DNA of 64,000 nt from an uncultured Verrucomicrobiaceae bacterium (GCA_964515735.1 CAZEVP010000008.1:7945-71944), one strand, 5' to 3'. Positions 27,946 to 37,770 are shown, numbered from the stretch's first letter. Notes: a model not told the origin generated them from the sequence alone. Numbers and translations are program-made.

Positions 27946-28040
27946 TTTTTCTGGCGCGCCTGACACCCCTTTTTCTGGCGCGCCGAGCGGTTCTTTTCTG
28001 GCACCCCGGGCCGCTCTTTTTCTGGCGCCTCGGGCGCCTT
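27946..28040. repeat. Four tandem ~24-bp repeats (TTTTTCTGGCRC + GC-rich spacer) between the DUF748 gene and motA
   Basis: Units start at 27946, 27970, 27994 and 28017. The first 15 nt (TTTTTCTGGCGCGCC) are identical in units 1 and 2. Confidence 0.7.
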
Positions 28041-28131
28041 CCGCTATCCTTGCCGAAGCCCGCCCGCGGCTGACCGGCGCCGAACGGCGCCCAGCCGCCC
28101 CGCGGCTCCAGATCCATCCGGAGTTGTCTGC

Positions 28132-28983
28132 ATGAATGTGATCCTCGGCGTTGCCATCGTCCTGGCATGCTGTGCCATTGGATTTATCGCCGCCGGCGGC
28201 AACCTGCTGGCGCTGTGGCAGCCGTTCGAGTTGCTGATCATCGGCGGTTCGGCCTTCGGCGCGCTGATCATCTCCAACCCGATGTCGGTCACGATGGGCG
28301 TGGTCAAATCGACCGGCTCACTGTTCAAGGGCTCGCCGTACAAGAAGGAGCTGTTCCTCGAACTGCTGGCACTGCTGTTCGACATCTTCAACAAGATGCG
28401 GCGCGAGGGGATGCTGGCGATCGAGGCCGACCTCGACGATCCGGAAGCCAGCCCGCTGTTCACCAAGTACCCCAACGTCCTCAAGATTCACGGCTCGCTC
28501 GAATTCATCTGCGACTACCTGCGGGTGATGATGATCGGCTCGATCGCCGGTCACGAGCTGGAGGCGCTGATCGACGCCGAACTGGAGACCCACCACACCG
28601 AGGCCGGCCTGGTGCCGGGCGCCATCGGCAAGGTGGCCGAGGGGCTGCCCGGCTTCGGTATCGTCGCCGCGGTCATGGGCGTCGTCATCACCATGGGCCA
28701 CATCGGCGGCCCGCCCGAGGAGCTCGGCCACCACGTCGGTGCGGCACTGGTCGGCACCTTCCTCGGCATCCTGCTCTCCTACGGCTTCGCCGGCCCGATG
28801 GGCCAGTACCTCGAACACAAGGTGCGCGAGGAAGCCAAGTTCTACGAGTGCATCAAGGCATCGCTGATCGCCACGCTGAACGGAGCGGCACCGCAGATCG
28901 CCGTCGAGTTCGGCCGCAAGGTGCTGTACCACGACACGCGCCCGAGCTGGGCCGAGGTCGACGAGCGCGTGCGTCAGAAGTGA
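28132..28983 (+). CDS. motA: Flagellar motor stator protein MotA
   Basis: 283 aa with a MotA/TolQ/ExbB-type channel C-terminus (..GFGIVAAVMGVVITMGHIGGPPEELGHHVGAALVGTFLGILLSYG). Confidence 0.9.
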   Translation: MNVILGVAIVLACCAIGFIAAGGNLLALWQPFELLIIGGSAFGALIISNPMSVTMGVVKSTGSLFKGSPYKKELFLELLALLFDIFNKMRREGMLAIEADLDDPEASPLFTKYPNVLKIHGSLEFICDYLRVMMIGSIAGHELEALIDAELETHHTEAGLVPGAIGKVAEGLPGFGIVAAVMGVVITMGHIGGPPEELGHHVGAALVGTFLGILLSYGFAGPMGQYLEHKVREEAKFYECIKASLIATLNGAAPQIAVEFGRKVLYHDTRPSWAEVDERVRQK

Positions 28984-29010
28984 TGCCGGCCACGCGCCTG
29001 AGGTAGTGCC

Positions 29011-29988
29011 ATGAAGCCGTCGATGCAGCCGATCATCATCAAGAAGAAGAAGGTCCACGGCCACGGCCACCACGGCGGTGCGTGGAAGGTGGCCTACGCC
29101 GACTTCGTCACCGCGATGATGGCGTTCTTCCTGCTGCTATGGCTGCTCGGCAACACCACCGAGGAGGAGCAGCAGGCCATCTCCGGCTACTTCCAGGATC
29201 CCGGCGGCGGCCTGGTCGGTCCCGGTGGCGCCAACCAGGGCGTCATCCAGTTCCCGCACCCGCTGTCGCAGCCCAACCCGAACGAACTGCCGCCCCCGCC
29301 GCAGGTGAAGCCCGACGAAACCTCCGGCGGCGACAACCTGATGGAAGAGGCGCCGGTCGATTCGATCACGCCGATCGAACTCTCCGAACAGGAACTGCGC
29401 GACCGGCTCGAACAGCTGGAGATGGAGCAGCTCGAACAGCTGAAGGAGCAGATCGAGGAGGAGCTGAACAACGCCGAATCGGCGCTGCAGGAGCTGAAGG
29501 ACCAGATACTGCTCGACCACACCGAGATGGGGCTGCGCATCCAGATCGTCGACAAGGAGAAGCGGCCGATGTTCGACCTCGGCAGCCCGTCGCTGAAGCC
29601 CTACACCGCCGACGTGCTGATGGCGATGGCGCCGCTGATCGACAGCGTGCCGAACCGCATCTCGATCACCGGCCACACCGACGCCGTCAGCTTCGGCGCC
29701 GCCTCGCTCTACACCAACTGGGAGCTGTCGGCCGACCGTGCCAACACCGCGCGCCGCGCGCTGCTCGACGGCGGCTACCCCGAGACGAAGATACTGACCG
29801 TGCAGGGCATGGGCGACGGCGCGCCATTCAACGCCGATAACCCGAACGACGCGGCCAACCGCCGCATCGCCATCATCGTGCTGAAGAAATCGATCGAGAA
29901 CGCACTACTGGGCCACAAGGGCACCACCAGCGGCAAGGTGATCAAGTCGGAAGGGAAGATTCTGGAGCCGGTCAGGGGTGGGCGTTGA
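29011..29988 (+). CDS. motB: Flagellar motor protein MotB (OmpA-like C-terminus)
   Basis: 325 aa with the N-terminal plug/transmembrane segment (GGAWKVAYADFVTAMMAFFLLLWLL) and a C-terminal OmpA-like domain (ISITGHTD.. NWELSADRANTARRAL.. NRRIAIIVL). Confidence 0.9.
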   Translation: MKPSMQPIIIKKKKVHGHGHHGGAWKVAYADFVTAMMAFFLLLWLLGNTTEEEQQAISGYFQDPGGGLVGPGGANQGVIQFPHPLSQPNPNELPPPPQVKPDETSGGDNLMEEAPVDSITPIELSEQELRDRLEQLEMEQLEQLKEQIEEELNNAESALQELKDQILLDHTEMGLRIQIVDKEKRPMFDLGSPSLKPYTADVLMAMAPLIDSVPNRISITGHTDAVSFGAASLYTNWELSADRANTARRALLDGGYPETKILTVQGMGDGAPFNADNPNDAANRRIAIIVLKKSIENALLGHKGTTSGKVIKSEGKILEPVRGGR

Positions 29989-32745
29989 TGTGCTACGCAA
30001 ACTAATGCGTCCGCATCAACAGCTAAAAATCCAAAGCAGACCGACAAGCCTGCATCAATGCTTATTGTGCAGATGCGCGTTATCACCAAACAGTTAGGTA
30101 CACCTACGCAGCATCGAATTTCAAAATTTTCAATTAGAACCCCAGATAATTCTAACAGGATGAAAAAATGAGCGGATTCATAGAGCGCCAATCAAGACTT
30201 CGTCAACTAGTTGATGATCTAGGATTTGAGAATCGTGGGGAGGTTTCAATTCCGGCGCGTAATCCGCAGTTCTTGGAAATCCCTAGCACACTTCATCCAG
30301 CCGTACGCAATGAGCTTCAACTGCGACTCCCAGATGGAATGTATGGACATCAGGCCAAGGCAATTAGAGCCTCGCTAGATGGGGCTGACGTATGTGTCGC
30401 AACCCCAACGGCGTCTGGAAAAAGCTTGATTTTCATGTCGGTATCGGCCCATACACTCAAGGCCGACCCAGACGCAAAAGTTCTTGCGCTATACCCTGCC
30501 AGAGCCTTAATACAAGACCAATTTTCGAAATGGCAATCCCTCCTATCCCCCATGGGGCTAAAGTGCGTACAAATTGATGGCGGCATTCCAGTAAATAAAC
30601 GAGCGGACATCTTACGATCTGGCCGCCTAGTTTTAATGACACCGGACGTTGCACATGCTTGGATGATGAGCCGATTACACGAAAAATCAATAAAAGAGTT
30701 TCTTTCCTCTATTAAAATCGTAGTGCTGGACGAAGCCCACGTTTACGACGGGGTATTTGGAACAAATATGGCGTACTTCATTCGGCGCCTGCAAGCTGTA
30801 ACCCGAGTGGATAGATTCATCACGAGCACTGCGACAATTGGCGATCCAGAAAAATTTATTGAAAATTTAGTTGGGAGGCGCCCAATTGTATTTGGACCAC
30901 CAGATGATCAAGGGCCATCGCCAGATAAGTGGCTAGTTATGGCGAAACCAGGCGGGGGTGATCCATTCGAAAAGACTGTTTCCCTACTTAAAGCTGTCGC
31001 AGATACAGGACTCGGACGATTTATAGCGTTTGCTGATTCGCGAAGAATGGTTGAGCAATTGGTAGTGGTGGCCGAGCGAAAAGAAAGCGAACACGGCATT
31101 GTTGAAGCTGACACTGACGAATCCGAAACTGAGCCAGATGATCAGCCGACAGGATATGGCAGAATCCTTCCATATCGGGCCGGATACGAGGACGAAGATA
31201 GAACTCAAATTCAACGGGCACTTACGGATGGAAAGCTTTCGGGAGTTGTTTCAACAAGCGCAATGGAGCTGGGAATTGATATAGGCGAAATTGACACTGT
31301 CCTGTTATTAAGCACGCCTCCGACAATGAAGTCATTTTGGCAAAGATTTGGTCGTGCTGGCAGAAAAAATCCAGGCTACTGTATTTTTGTTGACACTCGC
31401 GAAGCCATTAGTAACAAAGAAGAAAACCCACTGAATGAATATTTAAGGAAACCCGTAGAACCGGCTTGGCTCTACTTAGACAATCCATACTTGCAATACT
31501 CCCAAGCACTCTGCGCAGCACAGGAGTACGCTGAGTACGGGGACATTCATTACGATCGTTTTCCACTACGCTCGCTACCAGAACAGTTCATGCAGTACTT
31601 GGAAAATGAGATAAATCCAGTGCAAGGCATACCAGACGATTTATACCCCTTGAAACAGAGGGCACAGTCTGGAGCACATTATGAGTTTCCTATTCGAAGC
31701 GGGATAGAGAAGAACTTTTCCGTGAAACTGAAAGGGTCTTCTGGAGAGCATCGCCTCGGTACGCTAACCATGGCACAAGCAATGCGAGAAGGATATCCAG
31801 GCGCAATTTACTATTACATGGCAAAGCCATTTAGGGTAGTTTCATTCAACTATAGGGCCGCAGAAATATCCGTTACAAAAACGAAACGCTGGACAACACG
31901 AGCAGACTCTCGCTGCATGGTCTTTCCAAAATTCCCAAGCGGCGTAATCCTTTCAAAGAAATCCAACATAGGCTTTCTAGTTGAAGCCGGAATGCAGATT
32001 AGTGAGCGAGTAACAGGATTCATAGAGAAAAGAGGAAGAATGCAAACTCCTCACACCTATGATCACGAATCACCCCATTCGCAAAAGCCCATCACGCGAT
32101 ACTTTGAGACAACGGGTGTTTGTTGGTACTTCCCAGAAAAAGAACTTGTTTCTGACTCCGTAGCCGCAAGGCTACACGAGGCATTTTGCATTCTGTGTGG
32201 GGTTCAGCAAAGAGATATTGGGTATGGAATGTTCCATAGCAGGCCATCTGTATATTGGCAGAGTGAATGTCAAGGAATGAGCATTTATGACAATGTTCAT
32301 GGAAGTCTCCGTCTCACCAAGCAGCTTCATGAGCGATTCTCTGACGTCGTAGATCTAGCTATATCTTTAGCGATTGAGCGTGAAAGCCATCAGGTGCCAC
32401 CTGTCATTGAGGCATTAAGGCGCTTAAAGCATCTTTCTTTGGAATGTGAGTTCAATGACGCCGAAGAGACGATCAGCATTAGCTCAGAAGATGATGACTG
32501 GATCGCTGTCATTGATGACGACCAAAACGCGGTGCACGTTGAAAATAGTGAAGAGGTTAAGGTCATATCGCACCGCTTTACCCCCCAAGGGCTGATGTAT
32601 GAATTGGTTTCAAATCGACCGGGGGTGCGGTGGCTGGCAAAGACAGCATTGGTCAGGCCAATTCCAGGAATTACCAAGATGATCCGAGTTAATTGGGTAA
32701 CCGGAGAAAAGGAACCCAGTTGATGGGGTGAAGTAAGGGACAGAC
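29989..32745. other. AT-rich, probably horizontally acquired insertion with no recognisable mobility gene
   Basis: Hand counts: 45% GC at 30181-30240 and 37% at 31381-31440, versus 70% at 29581-29640 in motB. The left edge is the motB stop. The right edge (about +/-20 nt) lies inside a truncated vapC-like gene. Confidence 0.6.
30168..32723 (+). CDS. SF2 DEAD/DEAH-box helicase of the MrfA/YprA/DruE (COG1205) type, with a degenerate DUF1998-like module and a novel acidic C-terminal extension
   Basis: 851 aa. Helicase motifs: YGHQAKAI, motif I ATPTASGKS, Ia ALYPARALIQDQ, II VLDEAHVYDGVFGTNMAYFIRRL, III STAT, V/VI VSTSAMELGIDIG .. WQRFGRAGR. COG1205-specific segments: YPGAIYYYMAKPFRVVSF and the DUF1998-like ..RDIGYG..SIYDNVHGSLRL. 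Confidence 0.9.
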   Translation: MSGFIERQSRLRQLVDDLGFENRGEVSIPARNPQFLEIPSTLHPAVRNELQLRLPDGMYGHQAKAIRASLDGADVCVATPTASGKSLIFMSVSAHTLKADPDAKVLALYPARALIQDQFSKWQSLLSPMGLKCVQIDGGIPVNKRADILRSGRLVLMTPDVAHAWMMSRLHEKSIKEFLSSIKIVVLDEAHVYDGVFGTNMAYFIRRLQAVTRVDRFITSTATIGDPEKFIENLVGRRPIVFGPPDDQGPSPDKWLVMAKPGGGDPFEKTVSLLKAVADTGLGRFIAFADSRRMVEQLVVVAERKESEHGIVEADTDESETEPDDQPTGYGRILPYRAGYEDEDRTQIQRALTDGKLSGVVSTSAMELGIDIGEIDTVLLLSTPPTMKSFWQRFGRAGRKNPGYCIFVDTREAISNKEENPLNEYLRKPVEPAWLYLDNPYLQYSQALCAAQEYAEYGDIHYDRFPLRSLPEQFMQYLENEINPVQGIPDDLYPLKQRAQSGAHYEFPIRSGIEKNFSVKLKGSSGEHRLGTLTMAQAMREGYPGAIYYYMAKPFRVVSFNYRAAEISVTKTKRWTTRADSRCMVFPKFPSGVILSKKSNIGFLVEAGMQISERVTGFIEKRGRMQTPHTYDHESPHSQKPITRYFETTGVCWYFPEKELVSDSVAARLHEAFCILCGVQQRDIGYGMFHSRPSVYWQSECQGMSIYDNVHGSLRLTKQLHERFSDVVDLAISLAIERESHQVPPVIEALRRLKHLSLECEFNDAEETISISSEDDDWIAVIDDDQNAVHVENSEEVKVISHRFTPQGLMYELVSNRPGVRWLAKTALVRPIPGITKMIRVNWVTGEKEPS

Positions 32746-32799
32746 CACGTTTTCCCGAATCAGAATGTTTGCGTCCAGCACGATGGCCTTGTCGATCAC
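32689..32799 (-). pseudogene. Truncated VapC-like PIN-domain toxin gene (only about the first 17 codons look native)
   Basis: The GTG at 32799 overlaps the antitoxin stop (GTGA). Translation is V/M-IDKAIVLDANILIREN.. (a PIN N-terminal LD-x-N-hydrophobic motif), then drifts into AT-rich sequence and stops after 36 codons. Confidence 0.5.
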
Positions 32800-33056
32800 C
32801 GGGCCTCACCTTTCCGACGAGCCCGTTTGAAGTCGGCCACCACTGCCTCGGTATCCACCTCATGGCGGGCAAGTAGCTCATCCAGCGCCTGGCTGGCCTG
32901 CCTCAAGGCCGCCAGCTCGGCCTCGTTCTGGCCACGGGCGGGGATGAAGTACCCCACGGTCTGGCCATGGCGGGTGATCGCCACCGGCGTGCTGGACTCG
33001 ATGTACTCCGCCAGGCTGGCGCGGAACTCGCGGATGCCGACTTTCGCTGCCTCCAT
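32796..33056 (-). CDS. Phd/YefM-type type II antitoxin (orphan)
   Basis: 86 aa from the internal ATG (MEAAKVGIREFRASLAEYIESSTPVAITRHGQTVGYFIP..). High GC, unlike the adjacent helicase gene. Confidence 0.75.
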   Translation of the reverse strand: MEAAKVGIREFRASLAEYIESSTPVAITRHGQTVGYFIPARGQNEAELAALRQASQALDELLARHEVDTEAVVADFKRARRKGEAR

Positions 33057-33080
33057 AATGGGAACCCTCAAATGCGTATC

Positions 33081-33094
33081 AATGTGTACACATT
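33081..33094. promoter_or_regulatory. Perfect 14-bp palindrome AATGTGTACACATT upstream of the antitoxin (candidate autoregulatory operator)
   Basis: The sequence is its own reverse complement. It lies 25-38 nt upstream of the antitoxin ATG at 33056. Confidence 0.5.
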
Positions 33095-33178
33095 TTAGCG
33101 AGCAGCAACCCATAAGACAATCCAGCAGTACCCGGTGTGTTTGACGCTTCAGCCCCAACCATCCCGGGTAGTTGCAGA

Positions 33179-34273
33179 TCAGCCCGCCAGCGCCTCACCC
33201 AACGCCGCGATCAGCTGATCGCTCTGCTCCGGCGTGCCGACCGTCAGCCGCAGGCAGTCCTTCAGCAGCGCGTGGCTGCCATCCAGACACTTGATCAGGA
33301 TGTTGCGGGTTTTCAGGAACTCGAAGATCTCGCGCGCGCGCCCTTCCGGCGTGCGCACCAGCACGAAGTTGGCCTCGCTCGGCCACAGCTGCAGCGCCGG
33401 CAGCGAGCGCAGCTCGGAGATCAGCCGCTCGCGCTCGGCGCGGATCAGCGCGGTCTGCTGGCGCATCACCTGGAAATTGTCGAGCGCGAAACGCGTCGAC
33501 AGCTGCGTCAGCACGTTGATGTTGTACGGCATCCGCACCTTGTCGACCTCCGCCAGCCAGGCGGCGTCGCCGATCAGCAGGCCGAGCCGCAGCCCCGCCA
33601 GCCCGACCTTCGACAGCGTGCGCATGACCAGCACGTTGTCGTAGTCCTGCACGAAACCGAGATGGTCGGCATCGGTGAAGACGGTGTAGGCCTCGTCGAG
33701 CACCACCAGCCCTTCGGCCGCCTCGATCACCGCGCGCACGCGGTCGACCGAGAACAGATTGCCGGTCGGGTTGTTCGGCAGCGCCAGGAAGATCAGCGCC
33801 GGCTGGTGCTGCTGGATCGCCGCCAGCATGGCGTCGAGGTCGAGATCGAAGTTGGCGTCGAGCGGCACGCCGATGTAATCCATCGCCGTGAAGGTGGCGA
33901 TCATCCGGTACATGACGAAGCCCGGCTCCGGCGCCAGCACGCAGCGGCCACGGCCGGCGACCAGCAGCGCCAGCATCTGGATGATCTCGTCGGAACCGTT
34001 GCCGAGCAGCAGATCGAAGCCGGCCGGCACCCCCATCTCACGACGCAGACCGTCGCGAACCTCCGGTGCCTGCGGATCGGGATAGCGGTTCAGTTGCGCG
34101 CCCTGCAGCAGCTGCAACCACTCGCCGACCATCTCGTCGGGCCAACCGTAGGGGTTCTCCATCGCGTCGAGCTTGACCATGCCGGTCGCCGGCGGCACGT
34201 GGTAGGCGTGCAGCGCGCGGATCTCGGGGCGAACCCACTGCTGGATACGGGCGGCGATACGGTCACTGCTCAC
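33179..34273 (-). CDS. hisC: Histidinol-phosphate aminotransferase
   Basis: 364 aa (..[14 protein letters not shown].. VVLDEAY.. [15 protein letters not shown]). Confidence 0.9.
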   Translation of the reverse strand: MSSDRIAARIQQWVRPEIRALHAYHVPPATGMVKLDAMENPYGWPDEMVGEWLQLLQGAQLNRYPDPQAPEVRDGLRREMGVPAGFDLLLGNGSDEIIQMLALLVAGRGRCVLAPEPGFVMYRMIATFTAMDYIGVPLDANFDLDLDAMLAAIQQHQPALIFLALPNNPTGNLFSVDRVRAVIEAAEGLVVLDEAYTVFTDADHLGFVQDYDNVLVMRTLSKVGLAGLRLGLLIGDAAWLAEVDKVRMPYNINVLTQLSTRFALDNFQVMRQQTALIRAERERLISELRSLPALQLWPSEANFVLVRTPEGRAREIFEFLKTRNILIKCLDGSHALLKDCLRLTVGTPEQSDQLIAALGEALAG

Positions 34274-35591
34274 GATGTTTCTCTCCGTCGATCCGGTATT
34301 CGGCCGAGCGCGCGTGCGCGGTCAGCGACTCGCCGCGCGCCAGCACCGAGGCGATGCGGCCGAGGTCGGAGGCGCCGCGCGGCGAACAGTGGATGATCGA
34401 ACTGCGCTTCTGGAAGTCGTAAACGCCGAGCGGCGACGAGAAGCGCGCGGTGCCCGAGGTTGGCAGTACGTGGTTGGGGCCGGCGCAGTAGTCGCCGATA
34501 GCCTCAGGCGTATGCCGCCCCATGAAGATGGCGCCGGCGTGGCGGATCTGCGGCAGCAGCGCATCGGGATCGGCGACCGAGAGTTCGAGGTGTTCGGGCG
34601 CCATCCGGTTGCAGACCTCGACCGCCTGCGCCATGTCGCGCACTTTGACCAGCGCGCCGCGACCGTTGATCGACGCGCTGGCGATGGCGCTGCGCTCCAG
34701 CGTCGGCAGCAGTTTGCGCAGGCTCGCTTCGACGGCATCGAGAAACGCGGCGTCGGGCGAGACCAGCACCGACTGCGCGTCCTCGTCGTGCTCGGCCTGC
34801 GACAGCAGGTCCATCGCGATCCAGTCCGGATCGGTGGCACCGTCGCAGATCACCATGATCTCGGACGGGCCAGCCACCATGTCGAGGCCGACCTGACCGA
34901 ACACCTGACGCTTGGCGGTGGCGACGTAGATGTTGCCGGGGCCGACGATCTTGTCGACGCGCGGCACGCTGTCGGTGCCGTAGGCGAGCGCGGCGACGGC
35001 CTGCGCGCCGCCGCTCGTGAAGACGCGATCGACGCCGGCGATGGCGGCGGCGGCCAGCACCAGCTCGGACAGTTCGCCGCCCGGCGCCGGTACCACCATC
35101 ACCACTTCCGGCACGCCGGCGACCTTGGCCGGAATCGCGTTCATCAATACCGACGACGGGTACGACGCCTTGCCACCCGGCACGTAGAGGCCGACGCGGT
35201 CGAGCGGCGTGATCTGCTGGCCGAGCACAGTGCCGTCGGCCTCGGTGTAGCGCCACGAATCCTGCTTCTGGTGCTCGTGATAACTGCGCACGCGCGCTGC
35301 CGCCGCTTCCAGTGCCGCACGCTCGGTCGCACCGATCTGCGCCAGCGCCTGCTGCAGCCGATCCCTGGAGAGTTCGAGCTGCGCGACACTGCTTGCATCG
35401 CGACGATCGAAACGGTTGGTGTATTCGAGCAGCGCCGCATCGCCGCGCGTGCGGATGTCGGCGACGATCTTCCCGACCGTCGCCTGCACGTCGCCGTCAG
35501 AGACGGATTCCCACGCCAGCAGCTTGTCGAACTCGGCGTTGAATCCGGGCTGCGTGGCATCGAGACGGCGTGGTTTCACATCAGTGCTCAT
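34263..35591 (-). CDS. hisD: Histidinol dehydrogenase
   Basis: 442 aa from the internal ATG ([13 protein letters not shown]..), with ..[25 protein letters not shown].. [10 protein letters not shown]... Confidence 0.95.
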   Translation of the reverse strand: MSTDVKPRRLDATQPGFNAEFDKLLAWESVSDGDVQATVGKIVADIRTRGDAALLEYTNRFDRRDASSVAQLELSRDRLQQALAQIGATERAALEAAAARVRSYHEHQKQDSWRYTEADGTVLGQQITPLDRVGLYVPGGKASYPSSVLMNAIPAKVAGVPEVVMVVPAPGGELSELVLAAAAIAGVDRVFTSGGAQAVAALAYGTDSVPRVDKIVGPGNIYVATAKRQVFGQVGLDMVAGPSEIMVICDGATDPDWIAMDLLSQAEHDEDAQSVLVSPDAAFLDAVEASLRKLLPTLERSAIASASINGRGALVKVRDMAQAVEVCNRMAPEHLELSVADPDALLPQIRHAGAIFMGRHTPEAIGDYCAGPNHVLPTSGTARFSSPLGVYDFQKRSSIIHCSPRGASDLGRIASVLARGESLTAHARSAEYRIDGEKHREQ

Positions 35592-36241
35592 ACCGCCTCC
35601 TTCACCTGACGCTGCTCGACCGCGGTGCGCAGCTTGTCGATCACCGCCTGCACCTGCGCGTGCTTGCACTTCATCGCGGCGCGGTTGACGACCAGACGCG
35701 AACTGACCTCGGCGATCAGGTCGAGCGGTTCAAGGCCGTTGGCGCGCAGCGTGTTGCCGGTGTCGACGATGTCGACGATCAGGTCGGCCAGATCCATCAG
35801 CGGCGCCAGTTCCATCGCGCCGTAGAGCTTGATGATGTCGGCCTGAATGCCGCGCTCGGCGAAGTGGCGGCGGGCGATGTTGACGAACTTGGTAGCGACG
35901 CGCAGCCGCGCGCGCGGCAGTGTCCGCCCCTTCATGCCGGCGGTCATCAGCCGGCAGCGGGCGATGCCGAGGTCGAGCGGTTCGTACAGGTCGGCGCCAC
36001 CGGCCTCCAGCAGCATGTCCTTGCCGGAGACGCCGATGTCGGCGGCGCCGAGGCGAACGTAGGTCGGCACGTCGGAGCCGCGCAGCACGACCAGACGCAC
36101 CCGCGGATCGGTGGTGTCGAAGATCAGCTTGCGGCTGCTGGAAATATCCTCGAGCGGCGCGATGCCGGCCTGCGCGAACAGCGGCAGCGTCTCTTTCAGG
36201 ATGCGGCCCTTGGTCAGGGCGATGGTCAACGTTTCCGACAT
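35588..36241 (-). CDS. hisG: ATP phosphoribosyltransferase, short form
   Basis: 217 aa from the internal ATG ([22 protein letters not shown].. [19 protein letters not shown].. [16 protein letters not shown]). Confidence 0.95.
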   Translation of the reverse strand: MSETLTIALTKGRILKETLPLFAQAGIAPLEDISSSRKLIFDTTDPRVRLVVLRGSDVPTYVRLGAADIGVSGKDMLLEAGGADLYEPLDLGIARCRLMTAGMKGRTLPRARLRVATKFVNIARRHFAERGIQADIIKLYGAMELAPLMDLADLIVDIVDTGNTLRANGLEPLDLIAEVSSRLVVNRAAMKCKHAQVQAVIDKLRTAVEQRQVKEAV

Positions 36242-36302
36242 GGGCAAAAAGCCTGTTTCAAAATCAACTCGGGCACATCGGGTGTACGTGCCAGCAGCCC
36301 AT

Positions 36303-36393
36303 GCCGTGAAGGGCTCCAGCACCGGCGCAAGTACATCCCTGTAGCCTGCGTCGGAGACGTCCTGTCTCCGACGCTGCTGGAGCCCTTCACGGC
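36303..36393. repeat. Nested inverted repeat between murA and hisG
   Basis: Perfect 19-bp outer arms at 36303-36321 and 36375-36393 (GCCGTGAAGGGCUCCAGCA / complement). Perfect 11-bp inner stem at 36348-36358 and 36364-36374 with a 5-nt loop. Confidence 0.7.
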
Positions 36394-36449
36394 ACGCGCT
36401 GCTTCCCGCGAAGTGCCAATTTCACAACACCATCATCGGTGCCTGCTGG

Positions 36450-37712
<1,263 letters not shown>

Positions 37713-37770
37713 TCAGGCTCCTGGGCCGGAAACGGGAGGCGGGAAACGGGAAGTGCCGGGGCGTCCGTGC

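Noticed and set aside
27946-28040. The tandem repeats could be a mini-CRISPR array, or sigma-54 promoters (one unit contains CTGGCAC).
   Set aside because: The units are directly abutting 24-mers with no unique spacers, and no cas genes are present. The TGGCAC is not followed by TTGC at the -12 spacing. I kept them only as an unexplained repeat array.
28145-28175. A sigma-54-like TGGCATGCTGTGCC near the motA start.
   Set aside because: It lies inside the motA coding sequence, and the GG-to-GC spacing is two nucleotides short of the -24/-12 consensus.
29775-30191. A 138-aa minus-strand ORF spanning the left island junction, checked as the possible 3' remainder of the truncated vapC.
   Set aside because: Its translation has no PIN-domain features. 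Most of it is antisense to the motB 3' end. The remainder of the toxin gene appears to be deleted rather than displaced.
28132-32723. MotA-MotB followed by a large helicase resembles a Zorya-type defence system (ZorA/ZorB plus a helicase effector).
   Set aside because: MotA is a standard 283-aa stator and lacks the long ZorA tail. MotB has a normal OmpA-like peptidoglycan-binding domain. motAB have host-like ~70% GC, whereas the helicase gene has ~40%. The juxtaposition is therefore an insertion artefact and not an operon. There are 179 bp of AT-rich spacer, with its own RBS, between them.
30006-32776. A shared TGCGTCC(N)GCA motif near both island ends (30006-30012 and 32770-32776), considered as att-like direct repeats.
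   Set aside because: A 7-mer match is expected by chance in this amount of sequence. The right copy lies inside the conserved vapC-like codons rather than at the compositional junction. No integrase is present.
32390-32881. A 163-aa minus-strand ORF downstream of the antitoxin that might have been the missing toxin.
   Set aside because: It is in a different frame from the PIN-like start. It overlaps the antitoxin 3' end and runs antisense through the helicase 3' end. Its translation has no toxin-like motifs.
36242-36449. A possible histidine-operon attenuator (leader peptide with a His run) upstream of hisG.
   Set aside because: No short ORF with consecutive His codons is present in either orientation. 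The structure lacks a U-tract. I kept it only as an unexplained nested palindrome.
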